From NCBI GenBank assembly GCA_964406665.1, contig CAYOSQ010000001.1:7412-71411 (forward strand): a stretch of 64,000 bases of DNA. The letters run 5' to 3'. The stretch comes from an uncultured Planctomycetia bacterium (GTDB lineage: Bacteria > Omnitrophota > Gorgyraeia > VGKH01 > JBHPFN01). Under the pieces are notes generated by a model. That model was not told the DNA's origin. It searched no databases and was given only the letters and a program-made list of their open reading frames with translations. This document shows positions 9,925 through 18,953 of this stretch, piece after piece (within the stretch, counting starts at the first letter, position 1; the number at the start of each line of letters is the position of its first letter). A program made the position numbers and the translations under genes.

Positions 9925-12123
9925 TTATTCCGGAGGATCAGGACATTCATCCGGCCAAGATGGATCATCCGGATCAGGTATTGCTCCCGGACACGGTGGA
10001 TAATCATTTTGACACAGAACATTACAACATTCTAGCTTCTCCGGTTCATGATTTGTAGCATAGTGAGCGCAACAATCCTGACACTCTCCAACCAAGCCTA
10101 CGCATAAACTTATACATTCAGCCTGACAATAAGGCATTATTTCACCGCCTACAACACATCCTTCATCCCATCCTGCATCTGCAGGATCAAAACAGTGGGG
10201 GCATTCATCCTGCAGCTCTCCGCCGCCTTCTCCAAATTCTGCGATTTCTGAAATACAACGCTGCTGACAACCAGAGTGCGTTTCTCCTATAAAACAATCA
10301 GCAGTAGTATAATCACAATATCCATCGCCGTCGTCATCAACCCAGTCCACATCACAACATTCTCCTATAGCAACAATTTTTGCTTCTAGTTCTGTCCTGT
10401 TATATAGTAACCCATCTGGTTCATCATGTATTACGTGCCAAAGACGTCTGCGCAGTTCTTCCAGACCACACTGTCGACCGCCTTCACACTGTGGCGGCAT
10501 TTCTGCTCCTTCGCAATCCTCATCGCAAAAATCATCTGGCTGGTAACAATCTCTGCCCCAAGTATTACCCATGCATTCAACAATATTGTCTACCCAAGGA
10601 TGAACATAATAATTCTGTGGTCCTGGTAAGCTATCCCACCATGGAGTATATACTCCGTGGCTTTCTGTTTCATGCATTACTCCGAACTCGCAACCATAGA
10701 AAAATCCTTGAGCATTTTCCCGACAACAGAAACTCTGGCAACATTCAGTCAAATATCCTGGCCCAGCTCCTGTGGCAATACAGTCGGCTTTACAAGGAGG
10801 CACGTTTACTGTCCACATACAATGACGGTAGTAATTCGGGTTTGCGGCATTAGATGTAAGACATCTTCTCAAGTCCCAACAACGCCACCAGTCAGAACCC
10901 GTGTATCCTCCAGGGTTAGGTGAACAATTATTCCGTAATCGGTTTTCGGTAAAATTATCACAACGGTTATCTACACATTCATCTGTTCTATCAGGAATAC
11001 AATCATCCCAACAATCCTGCCACGCCTGTCCCTCAAGGCCATCACAGTCAATTGTACATTGATCCTCTGCCCAATCATCACAGCGATCTAAACAACGGTC
11101 TAAATCGTACACATCTTCACAATGGTCTCTACAAGGGTCTATGTTTGGTACAACACAATCTTTCTGGCAACGCAACTCTGTGTAAAGATCACAGCCGTTA
11201 GCTCCCTCAAGTCCGTTCCATATTCCACCACGAATAGAATTGGCTTCATTTATCATGCGATTAATCTCATCAACCATCTGTTCCCAGTCATCAACAATAC
11301 CAGCAACAATTATAGGACACTCTGCTGCAGCAATTTCATCTAAACATGCATCCATTTCATTTCTATTTTCATATGCAGCATCATTACAACAAGCATAAAT
11401 CGCATCTCTTCTTGCGGCAATCTCATTTCTTCTGGTTACAAGCTTATCTGCTTCTTGATCTATTTTTCTTGCCGAATCTTTAAGCTTTCTGGCTGTTACA
11501 CCAAAGCCTGCCCACCAACAAAGCTCCCACCAATCGTCGCATTCTTCTGCCTGCTCTCTTAATTCATTAGCTTCGTGTCTCATAGCATTAATTGCATCGT
11601 TAAGAGAGGCTATCTGTCCGTTAAAAGATGCCATCTTGGGATCGATTGATTTATTACACAAACATCTATCATAACAAAGGCATCCGGTCACAATCCAAAC
11701 ACCATCTATCTCTTCAAAACAATCAGGGTTAGCATCTATACATTCATTTCTACATTCCTCTTCGGCATCTGCAAGACCTATAGGTTGAAGAACAAATGAT
11801 ATTTCTTGATCTGTTCTTCCTGCAAAAACCCAATCATCGGTTATGTCCAGGGGCGCTGCAGGATCAATAGTGGGAGAGCCCAAATAAGCAGTATCGTTAT
11901 TGAGGACTCCGTAAGAATCTTTATTCGCTGCAACCATGCGGGTATCTTGATATTCATCCTGGCGCTGGGCAAAGTTTGAGGTAAACCAAAGCCAGATACG
12001 CGTAATACCGATTGCTAATGCCAAAACAACTATGAAGGAAAAAACAAAACCCAGGATTGACTGACCGCGTCTTATTCCTGGGGGTTTAAAGAAAATTTTT
12101 CTAGAGAAAGATTTATTTGACAT
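9925..12123 (-). CDS. Large cysteine-rich Tad pilin-like protein (paralog of 5228..7498)
   Basis: The first 53 residues from GQ are identical to 5228..7498, and the Cys framework is conserved. Confidence 0.7.
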   Translation of the reverse strand: MSNKSFSRKIFFKPPGIRRGQSILGFVFSFIVVLALAIGITRIWLWFTSNFAQRQDEYQDTRMVAANKDSYGVLNNDTAYLGSPTIDPAAPLDITDDWVFAGRTDQEISFVLQPIGLADAEEECRNECIDANPDCFEEIDGVWIVTGCLCYDRCLCNKSIDPKMASFNGQIASLNDAINAMRHEANELREQAEECDDWWELCWWAGFGVTARKLKDSARKIDQEADKLVTRRNEIAARRDAIYACCNDAAYENRNEMDACLDEIAAAECPIIVAGIVDDWEQMVDEINRMINEANSIRGGIWNGLEGANGCDLYTELRCQKDCVVPNIDPCRDHCEDVYDLDRCLDRCDDWAEDQCTIDCDGLEGQAWQDCWDDCIPDRTDECVDNRCDNFTENRLRNNCSPNPGGYTGSDWWRCWDLRRCLTSNAANPNYYRHCMWTVNVPPCKADCIATGAGPGYLTECCQSFCCRENAQGFFYGCEFGVMHETESHGVYTPWWDSLPGPQNYYVHPWVDNIVECMGNTWGRDCYQPDDFCDEDCEGAEMPPQCEGGRQCGLEELRRRLWHVIHDEPDGLLYNRTELEAKIVAIGECCDVDWVDDDGDGYCDYTTADCFIGETHSGCQQRCISEIAEFGEGGGELQDECPHCFDPADAGWDEGCVVGGEIMPYCQAECISLCVGLVGECQDCCAHYATNHEPEKLECCNVLCQNDYPPCPGAIPDPDDPSWPDECPDPPE

Positions 12124-12164
12124 GCTGACCCCTTTTGTAAATATAATCTTTACTTAAATGTATT

Positions 12165-13085
12165 CTAAAAATTAGTATCCCACGTTCGGTTTATTATAAC
12201 ACGATTATCGGGATTGTTTATAGTATTTGGATCATATTTTATTCTATTGTCATTAGTATCATACCAGGCTCCCTGAGCAAGATCTTGCGGATCCAATAAT
12301 TCCCAATCACCTTCAGCCGGAGAACCATCATCTGCATCGTGTTGCGATACAGATGTATCTCTGCGCAAAAAAACTGTTGATTCAATATTCTCACTTAATT
12401 CCATACGCTGCGTATTAGAAATTCTTGCCGGTCCCTCCCCAGCGGGCAGCTGATGTTTTCTCGAGGTTGAAGTAAGCTGTGTATGCTTAGCTGTAACATC
12501 TCTCCAAACAGTAGAAGGAACTTTCGACCAAGTGTCGTCTCCCCCTGTAGGATCGGTTGCTGCTTTGGGGTAGCGAGTTAACATTACATCGGGGTTGCCT
12601 ACGCGTGCTGTTTCCCAATCATGCGTGCCCACAAACTGATTGTTGACTTCGTAATACGAAAAAGATCCTTGTATTGTCGAACTATCATTGTCTTCTTTTT
12701 TATTATGGCATCCATGTTCATCATGCTGGCAACCAGCCATACCTTTCTGCCACATAACCGATGCAGATGCAGTTAAGGTAGATGGTTGGCTTTCACCAAA
12801 ATTTGCTAAAGCATTATAAAAACGGTTGTCTTTCTTTAAAGTATAAGAAACATTTGCATTTCTCTGATATGATTTCTGCAAAGCCTTGCGGAATGCCTCC
12901 TGTTTTAATGCTTGCTGTGCATCTATGCGTTGTCCGTATGTGATAAGTGAAGAAAATGCAACAAGAACTAAACTTCCTAAGATTGCCAGCTCTGCTGCTG
13001 CCTGGCCTGTGCGGAAAATAAATGCAGAATATTTGTTTCTTTTCTGATTCGGCTTTAATATCTTATGCGTTCTTCCAAACCTCAT
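12165..13085 (-). CDS. TadE-like minor pilin with extended C-terminal domain
   Basis: TGQ|AAAELAIL, then a hydrophobic helix. Confidence 0.7.
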   Translation of the reverse strand: MRFGRTHKILKPNQKRNKYSAFIFRTGQAAAELAILGSLVLVAFSSLITYGQRIDAQQALKQEAFRKALQKSYQRNANVSYTLKKDNRFYNALANFGESQPSTLTASASVMWQKGMAGCQHDEHGCHNKKEDNDSSTIQGSFSYYEVNNQFVGTHDWETARVGNPDVMLTRYPKAATDPTGGDDTWSKVPSTVWRDVTAKHTQLTSTSRKHQLPAGEGPARISNTQRMELSENIESTVFLRRDTSVSQHDADDGSPAEGDWELLDPQDLAQGAWYDTNDNRIKYDPNTINNPDNRVIINRTWDTNF

Positions 13086-13111
13086 AAACTCTCCTAGCTG
13101 AAGTTGTTAGT

Positions 13112-13579
13112 CTAAAATTCTGGAGCTGCAATATCAAATTCACCCTGATCTAAAAATTGATCCTGCTGAATTAACATTTCGTAACCGTCACCAGTAGATG
13201 CTGTAACCCTATTCATCAATACTTCATTATCATTAGGATCAAGGAACGAGCTTTTTAAACCACCATGAGCTTCATGCGCTACTTGCTTGCGTTTCTGGGC
13301 TGTTCTGGTCCTTGTCCTGGTGTTATCAAATTCATCTCCGTCAGCAAGTTCTTCAAGTAATTCTTCTCCAGTATCAACCCTCCAGGGCTCTCCAATTCCC
13401 CAGCTTGACCAGAGCACTAAATCAGAAGTCTGATTAACCTTCTGCTGCAGGGAATTTGAAAGCGGCCTCTGAACTGTAGCAAGGACTGCCAGAACCACTA
13501 CAAACACCGACGCCCACATTATAATGCTTTGGCCTTTTCTATTTAATATTTTACCATCCATAGGAGAAAATTCCTCCAT
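13112..13579 (-). CDS. Flp/TadE-like prepilin (no Glu+5)
   Basis: RKGQ|SIIMW, then a hydrophobic helix. Confidence 0.65.
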   Translation of the reverse strand: MEEFSPMDGKILNRKGQSIIMWASVFVVVLAVLATVQRPLSNSLQQKVNQTSDLVLWSSWGIGEPWRVDTGEELLEELADGDEFDNTRTRTRTAQKRKQVAHEAHGGLKSSFLDPNDNEVLMNRVTASTGDGYEMLIQQDQFLDQGEFDIAAPEF

Positions 13580-13583
13580 TTTT

Positions 13584-13910
13584 TTAATCTAGACCAGCTA
13601 ACCCGTCTACAGCTTCCCTGCGATCAAACGTAGTAGATGAATTAGAAAAAGTTAATGTAACACCGTCAGGAGCTCCGTTTACTCCCATATAACTATCTGT
13701 ATTAGTAGTAACTGTAGATTCTATTAGTGCGGTTGTATGTCTTGGGGAATATTGTGACGGGCTTATTGTATCGGCTTCCTGCTTCAGTCTTCCTGAATAT
13801 GCTCTCCTGACATAAGTCGCCATAAGTAAAAGAGCGCTGAGGACAAGCGCGATCAATACCGTATACTCTAATAACCCTTGACCTTTACAGTTTCTCATTT
13901 TTCTTAACAT
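13584..13910 (-). CDS. Flp-like prepilin
   Basis: KGQ|GLLEY; also R...GRL...AD.I...QYSP. Confidence 0.8.
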   Translation of the reverse strand: MLRKMRNCKGQGLLEYTVLIALVLSALLLMATYVRRAYSGRLKQEADTISPSQYSPRHTTALIESTVTTNTDSYMGVNGAPDGVTLTFSNSSTTFDRREAVDGLAGLD

Positions 13911-13945
13911 AAGCTTTTCCTTAAAATAGTTATTCTTAAGCTCAA

Positions 13946-14419
13946 TTAATCAATTTCACCTAAATCAAAAGGTGCTGGAAAATCTTCCCAGACGGTTGAG
14001 TTATCAACTATATCTTCAGTCCTATAGAGCTCCCCTATGGCAGAGTCTGTTTGTTTTCTAATGTCAGTATCAAATCTATTGCCAACGGAAGCTCTATAGG
14101 AATAAATACCTTTGTCCGCAACATACTGCGGAGTATAACCAAAACCATCAGGCAAAAATTCGGATATATGCCCGGCGCCCTCAGCTGTAGCAGTTTCTTC
14201 TGCTACTTCCTGATCGCCGATCATTGTCCGCGCAACTCTTTCGCTGGTGGCAGTGGGGGAAAACTGTTCCCCCATCCTTTCTGCTGCATCATTCATGCTA
14301 CCTGAAAATCCTCTTTTAACAATTGTCTGCATAAGTAGCAAAGCAGAAAGCACCACCGCCAAAACAATTGCGTACTCTAACATACTTTGAGCTTTACGTT
14401 TGCCTTTTTTAAAGGACAT
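13946..14419 (-). CDS. Flp-like prepilin
   Basis: KAQ|SMLEY; also KRG.SG..NDAA.RMG.QFS. Confidence 0.8.
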   Translation of the reverse strand: MSFKKGKRKAQSMLEYAIVLAVVLSALLLMQTIVKRGFSGSMNDAAERMGEQFSPTATSERVARTMIGDQEVAEETATAEGAGHISEFLPDGFGYTPQYVADKGIYSYRASVGNRFDTDIRKQTDSAIGELYRTEDIVDNSTVWEDFPAPFDLGEID

Positions 14420-14464
14420 CTTCTCTCCTGCTTTTCTTTTCTAAACTGCTTTTAACAATCCCTA

Positions 14465-14953
14465 TTATTCCCAAAGAGCTTCAGGATTGTCCCATTCATC
14501 ATCTAAAGCCTCATACTCAGCTGATGTATGATCTTCATGAATAGTTGAATCAGTTGTCTGCCTTGTATCTGTTGAATAACCGTGCCCTACACGAGAACTA
14601 ATGCTGTTAGCGCCTCTATCGATTGCACCTACAATGTCATAATCTGCAACTCCAGCATCAGCAGCAGCATCAGCGATCAAGTCTGTCATAAGATCGTCTG
14701 AAGAATCAATACCACCTTCTTCAACGATAATATGATCTTCACCTTCTGCCATTGCTCGTGTTTCTTGTATAACTGAATTAGAAACTGAGTATTGATCACC
14801 CATTCTTGAAGCAGCATCATTAATACCACCTGAAACACCACGCTTGACTATTGCCTGCAAAAGTAAAAACGCGGAGATGACAACTGCTAAAAGAATAGCA
14901 TATTCAATCATTGATTGTGCTCTTCTATTCTTATACAGCTTCATATTTCTCAC
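14465..14953 (-). CDS. Flp-like prepilin (paralog of 13946..14419)
   Basis: RAQ|SMIEY; KRGVSGGINDAASRMGDQYS. Confidence 0.8.
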   Translation of the reverse strand: MRNMKLYKNRRAQSMIEYAILLAVVISAFLLLQAIVKRGVSGGINDAASRMGDQYSVSNSVIQETRAMAEGEDHIIVEEGGIDSSDDLMTDLIADAAADAGVADYDIVGAIDRGANSISSRVGHGYSTDTRQTTDSTIHEDHTSAEYEALDDEWDNPEALWE

Positions 14954-14999
14954 CTTCCTTAATGTTTTATGCTTTTATTAAATAATTTAAAAATCTCTA

Positions 15000-15383
15000 C
15001 TATTCTCCCTCTTCTACTAATCTGTTAATATCAAGTGTAGTAGTTTCAGTCGCGGTCTCGTTATGCTTCATTTCCGCACCACCCTTTAACCTGATCTTCT
15101 CATCCGTATAACCGGTTTCTAAGCTAGTGGTATGGCGGACCTGCTCGCTTACTGCATAGACATCCTGCATTGTGTCAAAACCTGCTTCTTCCATAGCATC
15201 ATCTAGCTCTGAAGTACCTGCTCGCAGCATAAACTCAACTGCTCTATCCTGCTTTACGTTTATGGCGTTCTTCAATGAGACTGAAAGAGCGCCAGCGGCA
15301 ATCGCAATTACAGCGGCAAAGATTATGCCGTATTCTGCAGTCGATTGCGCCCTTTTGCTTTTAAATAATCGTCTCAAAAACAT
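15000..15383 (-). CDS. Flp-like prepilin
   Basis: RAQ|STAEY; strong RBS (AGGAGG). Confidence 0.8.
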   Translation of the reverse strand: MFLRRLFKSKRAQSTAEYGIIFAAVIAIAAGALSVSLKNAINVKQDRAVEFMLRAGTSELDDAMEEAGFDTMQDVYAVSEQVRHTTSLETGYTDEKIRLKGGAEMKHNETATETTTLDINRLVEEGE

Positions 15384-15447
15384 GTTTTATTCGCCTCCTT
15401 AAATTACTATATATTTTATTTTCAATTTCATTGTTTTCACAATTTGC

Positions 15448-15663
15448 TTACTCTTCCTGAAATACACCCATGCCTAAGTCATCAACAGTACTTTTTAATG
15501 CTGTACCTGTTTTAGAATAGGCACCTTCGACTGATTCTTTAATTGAACCACCACCGATACCGGTAAACAAAACGGCAACAATAGCAGCAACAACCACGCC
15601 GAGAATAAGGGTATACTCCAATATACTCTGACCTGATCTTGACGCTGTTCTCATATTATTCAC
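15448..15663 (-). CDS. Flp pilin (candidate major pilin)
   Basis: SGQ|SILEY; short (71 aa); GGAGG RBS. Confidence 0.8.
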   Translation of the reverse strand: MNNMRTASRSGQSILEYTLILGVVVAAIVAVLFTGIGGGSIKESVEGAYSKTGTALKSTVDDLGMGVFQEE

Positions 15664-15673
15664 CTCCCTTCCT

Positions 15674-15880
15674 TTATCTATTATATGTCATTTCTTCCTG
15701 AACACGTTTTAAATATCTATTATATGTCATTTCTTCCTGAACACGTTTTAAACGCGCATTCACGGAACGATATACATACCGATGTGTAATAATAATCCCG
15801 GCTGCGACTACAGCGAATAGTAATGTAAATTCGATAATACTCTGTGCTTTTCTGCATTTATTAAGCTTAATTAGTATCAT
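15674..15880 (-). CDS. Flp-like prepilin with duplicated C-terminal 13 aa
   Basis: KAQ|SIIEF. Start moved to ATG 15880, which forms an ATGA overlap with the upstream stop. Confidence 0.75.
   Translation of the reverse strand: MILIKLNKCRKAQSIIEFTLLFAVVAAGIIITHRYVYRSVNARLKRVQEEMTYNRYLKRVQEEMTYNR
15675..15752. repeat. Exact 39-bp tandem duplication
   Basis: tatctattatatgtcatttcttcctgaacacgttttaaa at 15675-15713 and 15714-15752. Confidence 0.95.
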
Positions 15881-16107
15881 TCTGTAATCATCACCCCCCC
15901 TGCACACTGAGTTACGGTTCTAAAATATTGATCGAATATTCCTCTTTCTCCTTCTCCACCTGTTGACTTACCTACATCAACCCAGAAATAAACTGCAATC
16001 AAAGCAATAATAGCAAAACTGACCAGTGCAACATATTCTAATAAAACCTGGCCGTTTCTTTTCTTTGATTTGCCTGAAATTCTTTTTAAAGACTTTTTAA
16101 AACTCAT
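15877..16107 (-). CDS. Flp-like prepilin, first gene of riboswitch-controlled array
   Basis: NGQ|VLLEY; ATG at 16107 preceded by GGAGAG. Confidence 0.8.
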   Translation of the reverse strand: MSFKKSLKRISGKSKKRNGQVLLEYVALVSFAIIALIAVYFWVDVGKSTGGEGERGIFDQYFRTVTQCAGGVMITE

Positions 16108-16119
16108 AATCAACTCTCC

Positions 16120-16172
16120 AAAAATAAAAACCGGATTACTCAAAAACCCATAACGGCCTTTCGGTAACCCGG
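16120..16172 (-). terminator. Riboswitch expression-platform intrinsic terminator
   Basis: CCGGGTTAC (aptamer 3' strand) pairs with GTAATCCGG, followed by TTTTTATTTTT. Confidence 0.65.
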
Positions 16173-16296
16173 CTAATTTCTATCTCGCTCTTGACCCTGT
16201 GAAAGCGATAAAATATAAAAAGATGTAGCGAGCGAATCCCGTGGCTTTGCGCATCCGCCGTTTTTGATCGACGGAATTGCCGTTTCGCTGCCGTAA
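16151..16296 (-). promoter_or_regulatory. c-di-GMP-I (GEMM) riboswitch aptamer, atypical
   Basis: Minus strand reads ACGGC..AAACGGCAA-TTCCGTCG/CGGCGGA-TGCGCAAAGCCACGG...AGCCGGGTTACCGAAAG-GCCGT. The GGCAA, GCAAAGCC and GGTTACCG core elements and P1 pairing are present. Confidence 0.85.
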
Positions 16297-16330
16297 AATT
16301 TCCAAATTGTATTGTGCTACTTGCAAGTAA

Positions 16331-16358
16331 AATATAACACAGTATGAGCAAAAGTCAA
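16331..16358 (-). promoter_or_regulatory. Sigma70-type promoter of pilin array
   Basis: TTGACT-16 nt-TATATT with extended -10 (TGn). Confidence 0.6.
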
Positions 16359-16390
16359 GACTAAATACTCATACGCAAGAAAACGCTTTT

Positions 16391-18790
16391 TTAACCGATT
16401 TTAAAGAATAATCTACTAGAATTATTATCGCGTATTCCGGATTCGTTGACTCTTCTAATGGCATACAACAAATCATTGCGCAGCGCATAATCTTTAGCAG
16501 GTAATAAAGAAACTATCAGCATATCATTAATTCTTCTTACCTTCCCCGGGAGGCTGTAAAACTGCTCTTTCATCTTAAGCAAATCCATTCCTTTGTAACT
16601 AAATGGAAAATAATGATTTACAGCATAGTTATGCAGCCTGCTAAGCAAAAACTTTATGTTTTCTTTTGCATCTGTTGTTGAACAGTTCAGCTGATAATCG
16701 TCTTTTTTCTCTTCAACTAAATCTGTTTTCTGCTTCAACATGAAATTATGCATAGTAAAAGGATCTTGTTTCTTCAACAAATCTTGATATGTTTCCTCTA
16801 AATTAGGCCAACGCATCACATATTTACGTATTATTTCTTCCGGCGAAGACTTTTCTTCCGATATATTAGTAAGTATGCCGATACGCGGCGAACTAAACTC
16901 TGAATCCCTCAAGAATATAACTCTAAACGTTACCCTATGCGTTACGCTTAACTTAGGAAAATCAACTTTAAAATTACTATAGAATATTTGTCTTCCTAAC
17001 TCTTCTATAACAAAAGTTTTGATAGCTTTAGTATCAAACGGCTGAAACGATTTTGCCTGAGCCTGCCAGGGCCAAAACCCGATAATAAAATTTCTTTTTA
17101 AGGCTGATGGTACATCTTCGCGATAGAGCTCTTCTTCCTTCGGACTTAAGGCAATTACTGATTTTATTCTTTTTTCGATGGTGTCTTCACATAAAGCTAA
17201 GAATTCAAACGTAATCTTTGAAAACTCTTTAAATCCTGAAATATTAAAAATATTGATTGGGCTGCTGTTATTAACAAATGTCCTTTCAATATAATGTTTT
17301 GTTGTGCTAATGCTGGTATTAACAACAGCCGGTATGTTACTACCTGACCAAATAGTTTTCCATTGCCCGTCGATAAAAAAAACAGAGTTATCATTTAAAA
17401 TAAACTTTATTTTATTTATTTGGGAAAATCCTTTGGCTATATGATCATGCAGGGCAAGAGCTACTTCTTTTTTTGCCATGAGATTCTGCATAAAACTCTG
17501 GAGATCTGAACTGGAAAACTTTCCTAAAGAATCGTTTAGCAACCACAGACCTTTACCTTTATACAAATCTATCTCTTTTAGATCATTTATCCCAAAGACC
17601 GAATGATAAATTAACGAATCTGTCTTTGCTGCATAGCTTTTATTTTGCAGTGGCCCGCGAAGTATTCCATCAAAAGTATTGGCATTAAATACCTCCCACT
17701 CAGCCGCCTTTAGAAAAAACGTGCCCACCGAATCTATTTCTTCATCATCACTTATCTTAACCGGAATTATAGGTTCCTCAGGGACTAAAACCTGAATTTC
17801 TTCTTCTTGCACAGGAGGCTCTATTTCTTTTTCTTCTTCAGCTTTTTCCGACGACAAGATAGCAGCTGGCTCAGGCTGCAAGTCTTCCTTCGCTTTAGGT
17901 TCAAGAATTGGCTTTTGTTCCTCTACTTCCTGTTCAGGAATAACTATATCTTCTTTTTCTTGTCTTACCTGTTCAATTTCTTCAGCTGCTTCCTGATCAA
18001 GTTCAGCCTCAGAGATTTCCTGCTCTGCGGAATCGCTCTCTGGAGTTTCCTGCAGCTGTTCTAATGCAGGATCTGGTTTTTCGATTTCTTTTGGCAAGTC
18101 TATTTCTTCTACTGGTGGCTTAACATCAGTCTCTTCAACAGGTGGCTGTTGATCTATCTGAGCTGGGGGTTCCTTGATATCTTCAGGCTCTGGTTCAGGT
18201 TCTCGTTCTGGCTCTGGCTCAGGCTCAAGCTCTGTTTCTTTAGGCTCTTCTAACTTAGGAGCATCTTCTTCTGCAATCTGCTCAATCTTTTCTTGCGAAG
18301 CAGAAACATCAGGTTTTTTAATCTCAGGCTCTTTAATTTCAGGAATCGGCGCCAAAGGCTCCTGAACTTCTAATTCTTTCTTTTCTTCTGGTTCAATAAG
18401 CGGAATGATATCTTCTGCCGGTATGGCTTTTTCGACTTTTTCTTCCTCTATATTACTGACTACTTCAGCAGGCTTAATAGGTGGGGGGGTCTCTTCCAGA
18501 GATTGAACATCTTCTTTTTTCTCAATAAGCAAGGATTGCTCATGCCTAGGCAGAATATGAGATTCCTGCTTTGCAGCAGATCTTAAGCCGTTTTGATATT
18601 TAGGCCTGCCTACGCGACTGCTTAATCCGGCTTCTTTTATAATTGAATTTATAGATGATTTGGATGCGGATATTGAGAAACGCTTATTGACCATATCAAC
18701 CAACTTCCTACATCCCAGCTTAGGATTCTGCTGTTTTTGGCTGATAATAAAATTCTTTACCTCGTCTTTAAGCTTATAGACTACGCCCAT
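16391..18790 (-). CDS. HTH + acidic Glu/Pro-rich linker + degenerate DDE-transposase-like domain
   Basis: N-terminal KL..EV..FI...P..G.RKL...V..RF.I..S.SSI HTH and a ~250-aa E/P-rich linker. FFIDGQ and ILTN....EEII..Y..RW..LEE are transposase-like motifs. Confidence 0.6.
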   Translation of the reverse strand: MGVVYKLKDEVKNFIISQKQQNPKLGCRKLVDMVNKRFSISASKSSINSIIKEAGLSSRVGRPKYQNGLRSAAKQESHILPRHEQSLLIEKKEDVQSLEETPPPIKPAEVVSNIEEEKVEKAIPAEDIIPLIEPEEKKELEVQEPLAPIPEIKEPEIKKPDVSASQEKIEQIAEEDAPKLEEPKETELEPEPEPEREPEPEPEDIKEPPAQIDQQPPVEETDVKPPVEEIDLPKEIEKPDPALEQLQETPESDSAEQEISEAELDQEAAEEIEQVRQEKEDIVIPEQEVEEQKPILEPKAKEDLQPEPAAILSSEKAEEEKEIEPPVQEEEIQVLVPEEPIIPVKISDDEEIDSVGTFFLKAAEWEVFNANTFDGILRGPLQNKSYAAKTDSLIYHSVFGINDLKEIDLYKGKGLWLLNDSLGKFSSSDLQSFMQNLMAKKEVALALHDHIAKGFSQINKIKFILNDNSVFFIDGQWKTIWSGSNIPAVVNTSISTTKHYIERTFVNNSSPINIFNISGFKEFSKITFEFLALCEDTIEKRIKSVIALSPKEEELYREDVPSALKRNFIIGFWPWQAQAKSFQPFDTKAIKTFVIEELGRQIFYSNFKVDFPKLSVTHRVTFRVIFLRDSEFSSPRIGILTNISEEKSSPEEIIRKYVMRWPNLEETYQDLLKKQDPFTMHNFMLKQKTDLVEEKKDDYQLNCSTTDAKENIKFLLSRLHNYAVNHYFPFSYKGMDLLKMKEQFYSLPGKVRRINDMLIVSLLPAKDYALRNDLLYAIRRVNESGIRDNNSSRLFFKIG

Positions 18791-18953
18791 TGATTTTTAG
18801 ATTGGACATTTCCCTTGTATAACATATTGTTAATTCAGATGTTACGTCTTAGATTAAATCTGATTTCTAATAGGTATAGTCTATCACTAATACATAAGCT
18901 GTCAAGATAGTTTTTTTGACTCGGGGATAAATCATAAAATTAATACGAATTGA

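Noticed and set aside
16136-16351. 71-aa ORF and the extended start (16143) of the first pilin
   Set aside because: They overlap the promoter, riboswitch and terminator. ATG 16107 has the RBS.
16391-18790. Active insertion sequence
   Set aside because: No terminal inverted repeats or target duplication were seen, a long acidic linker is present and a catalytic Asp appears lost. Kept as a domestication finding instead.
18820-18861. Short palindromes (TAACATATTGTTA, AGATTAAATCT) as operator sites of the HTH protein
   Set aside because: Five-bp arms in AT-rich DNA are expected by chance, so there is no support without conservation data.
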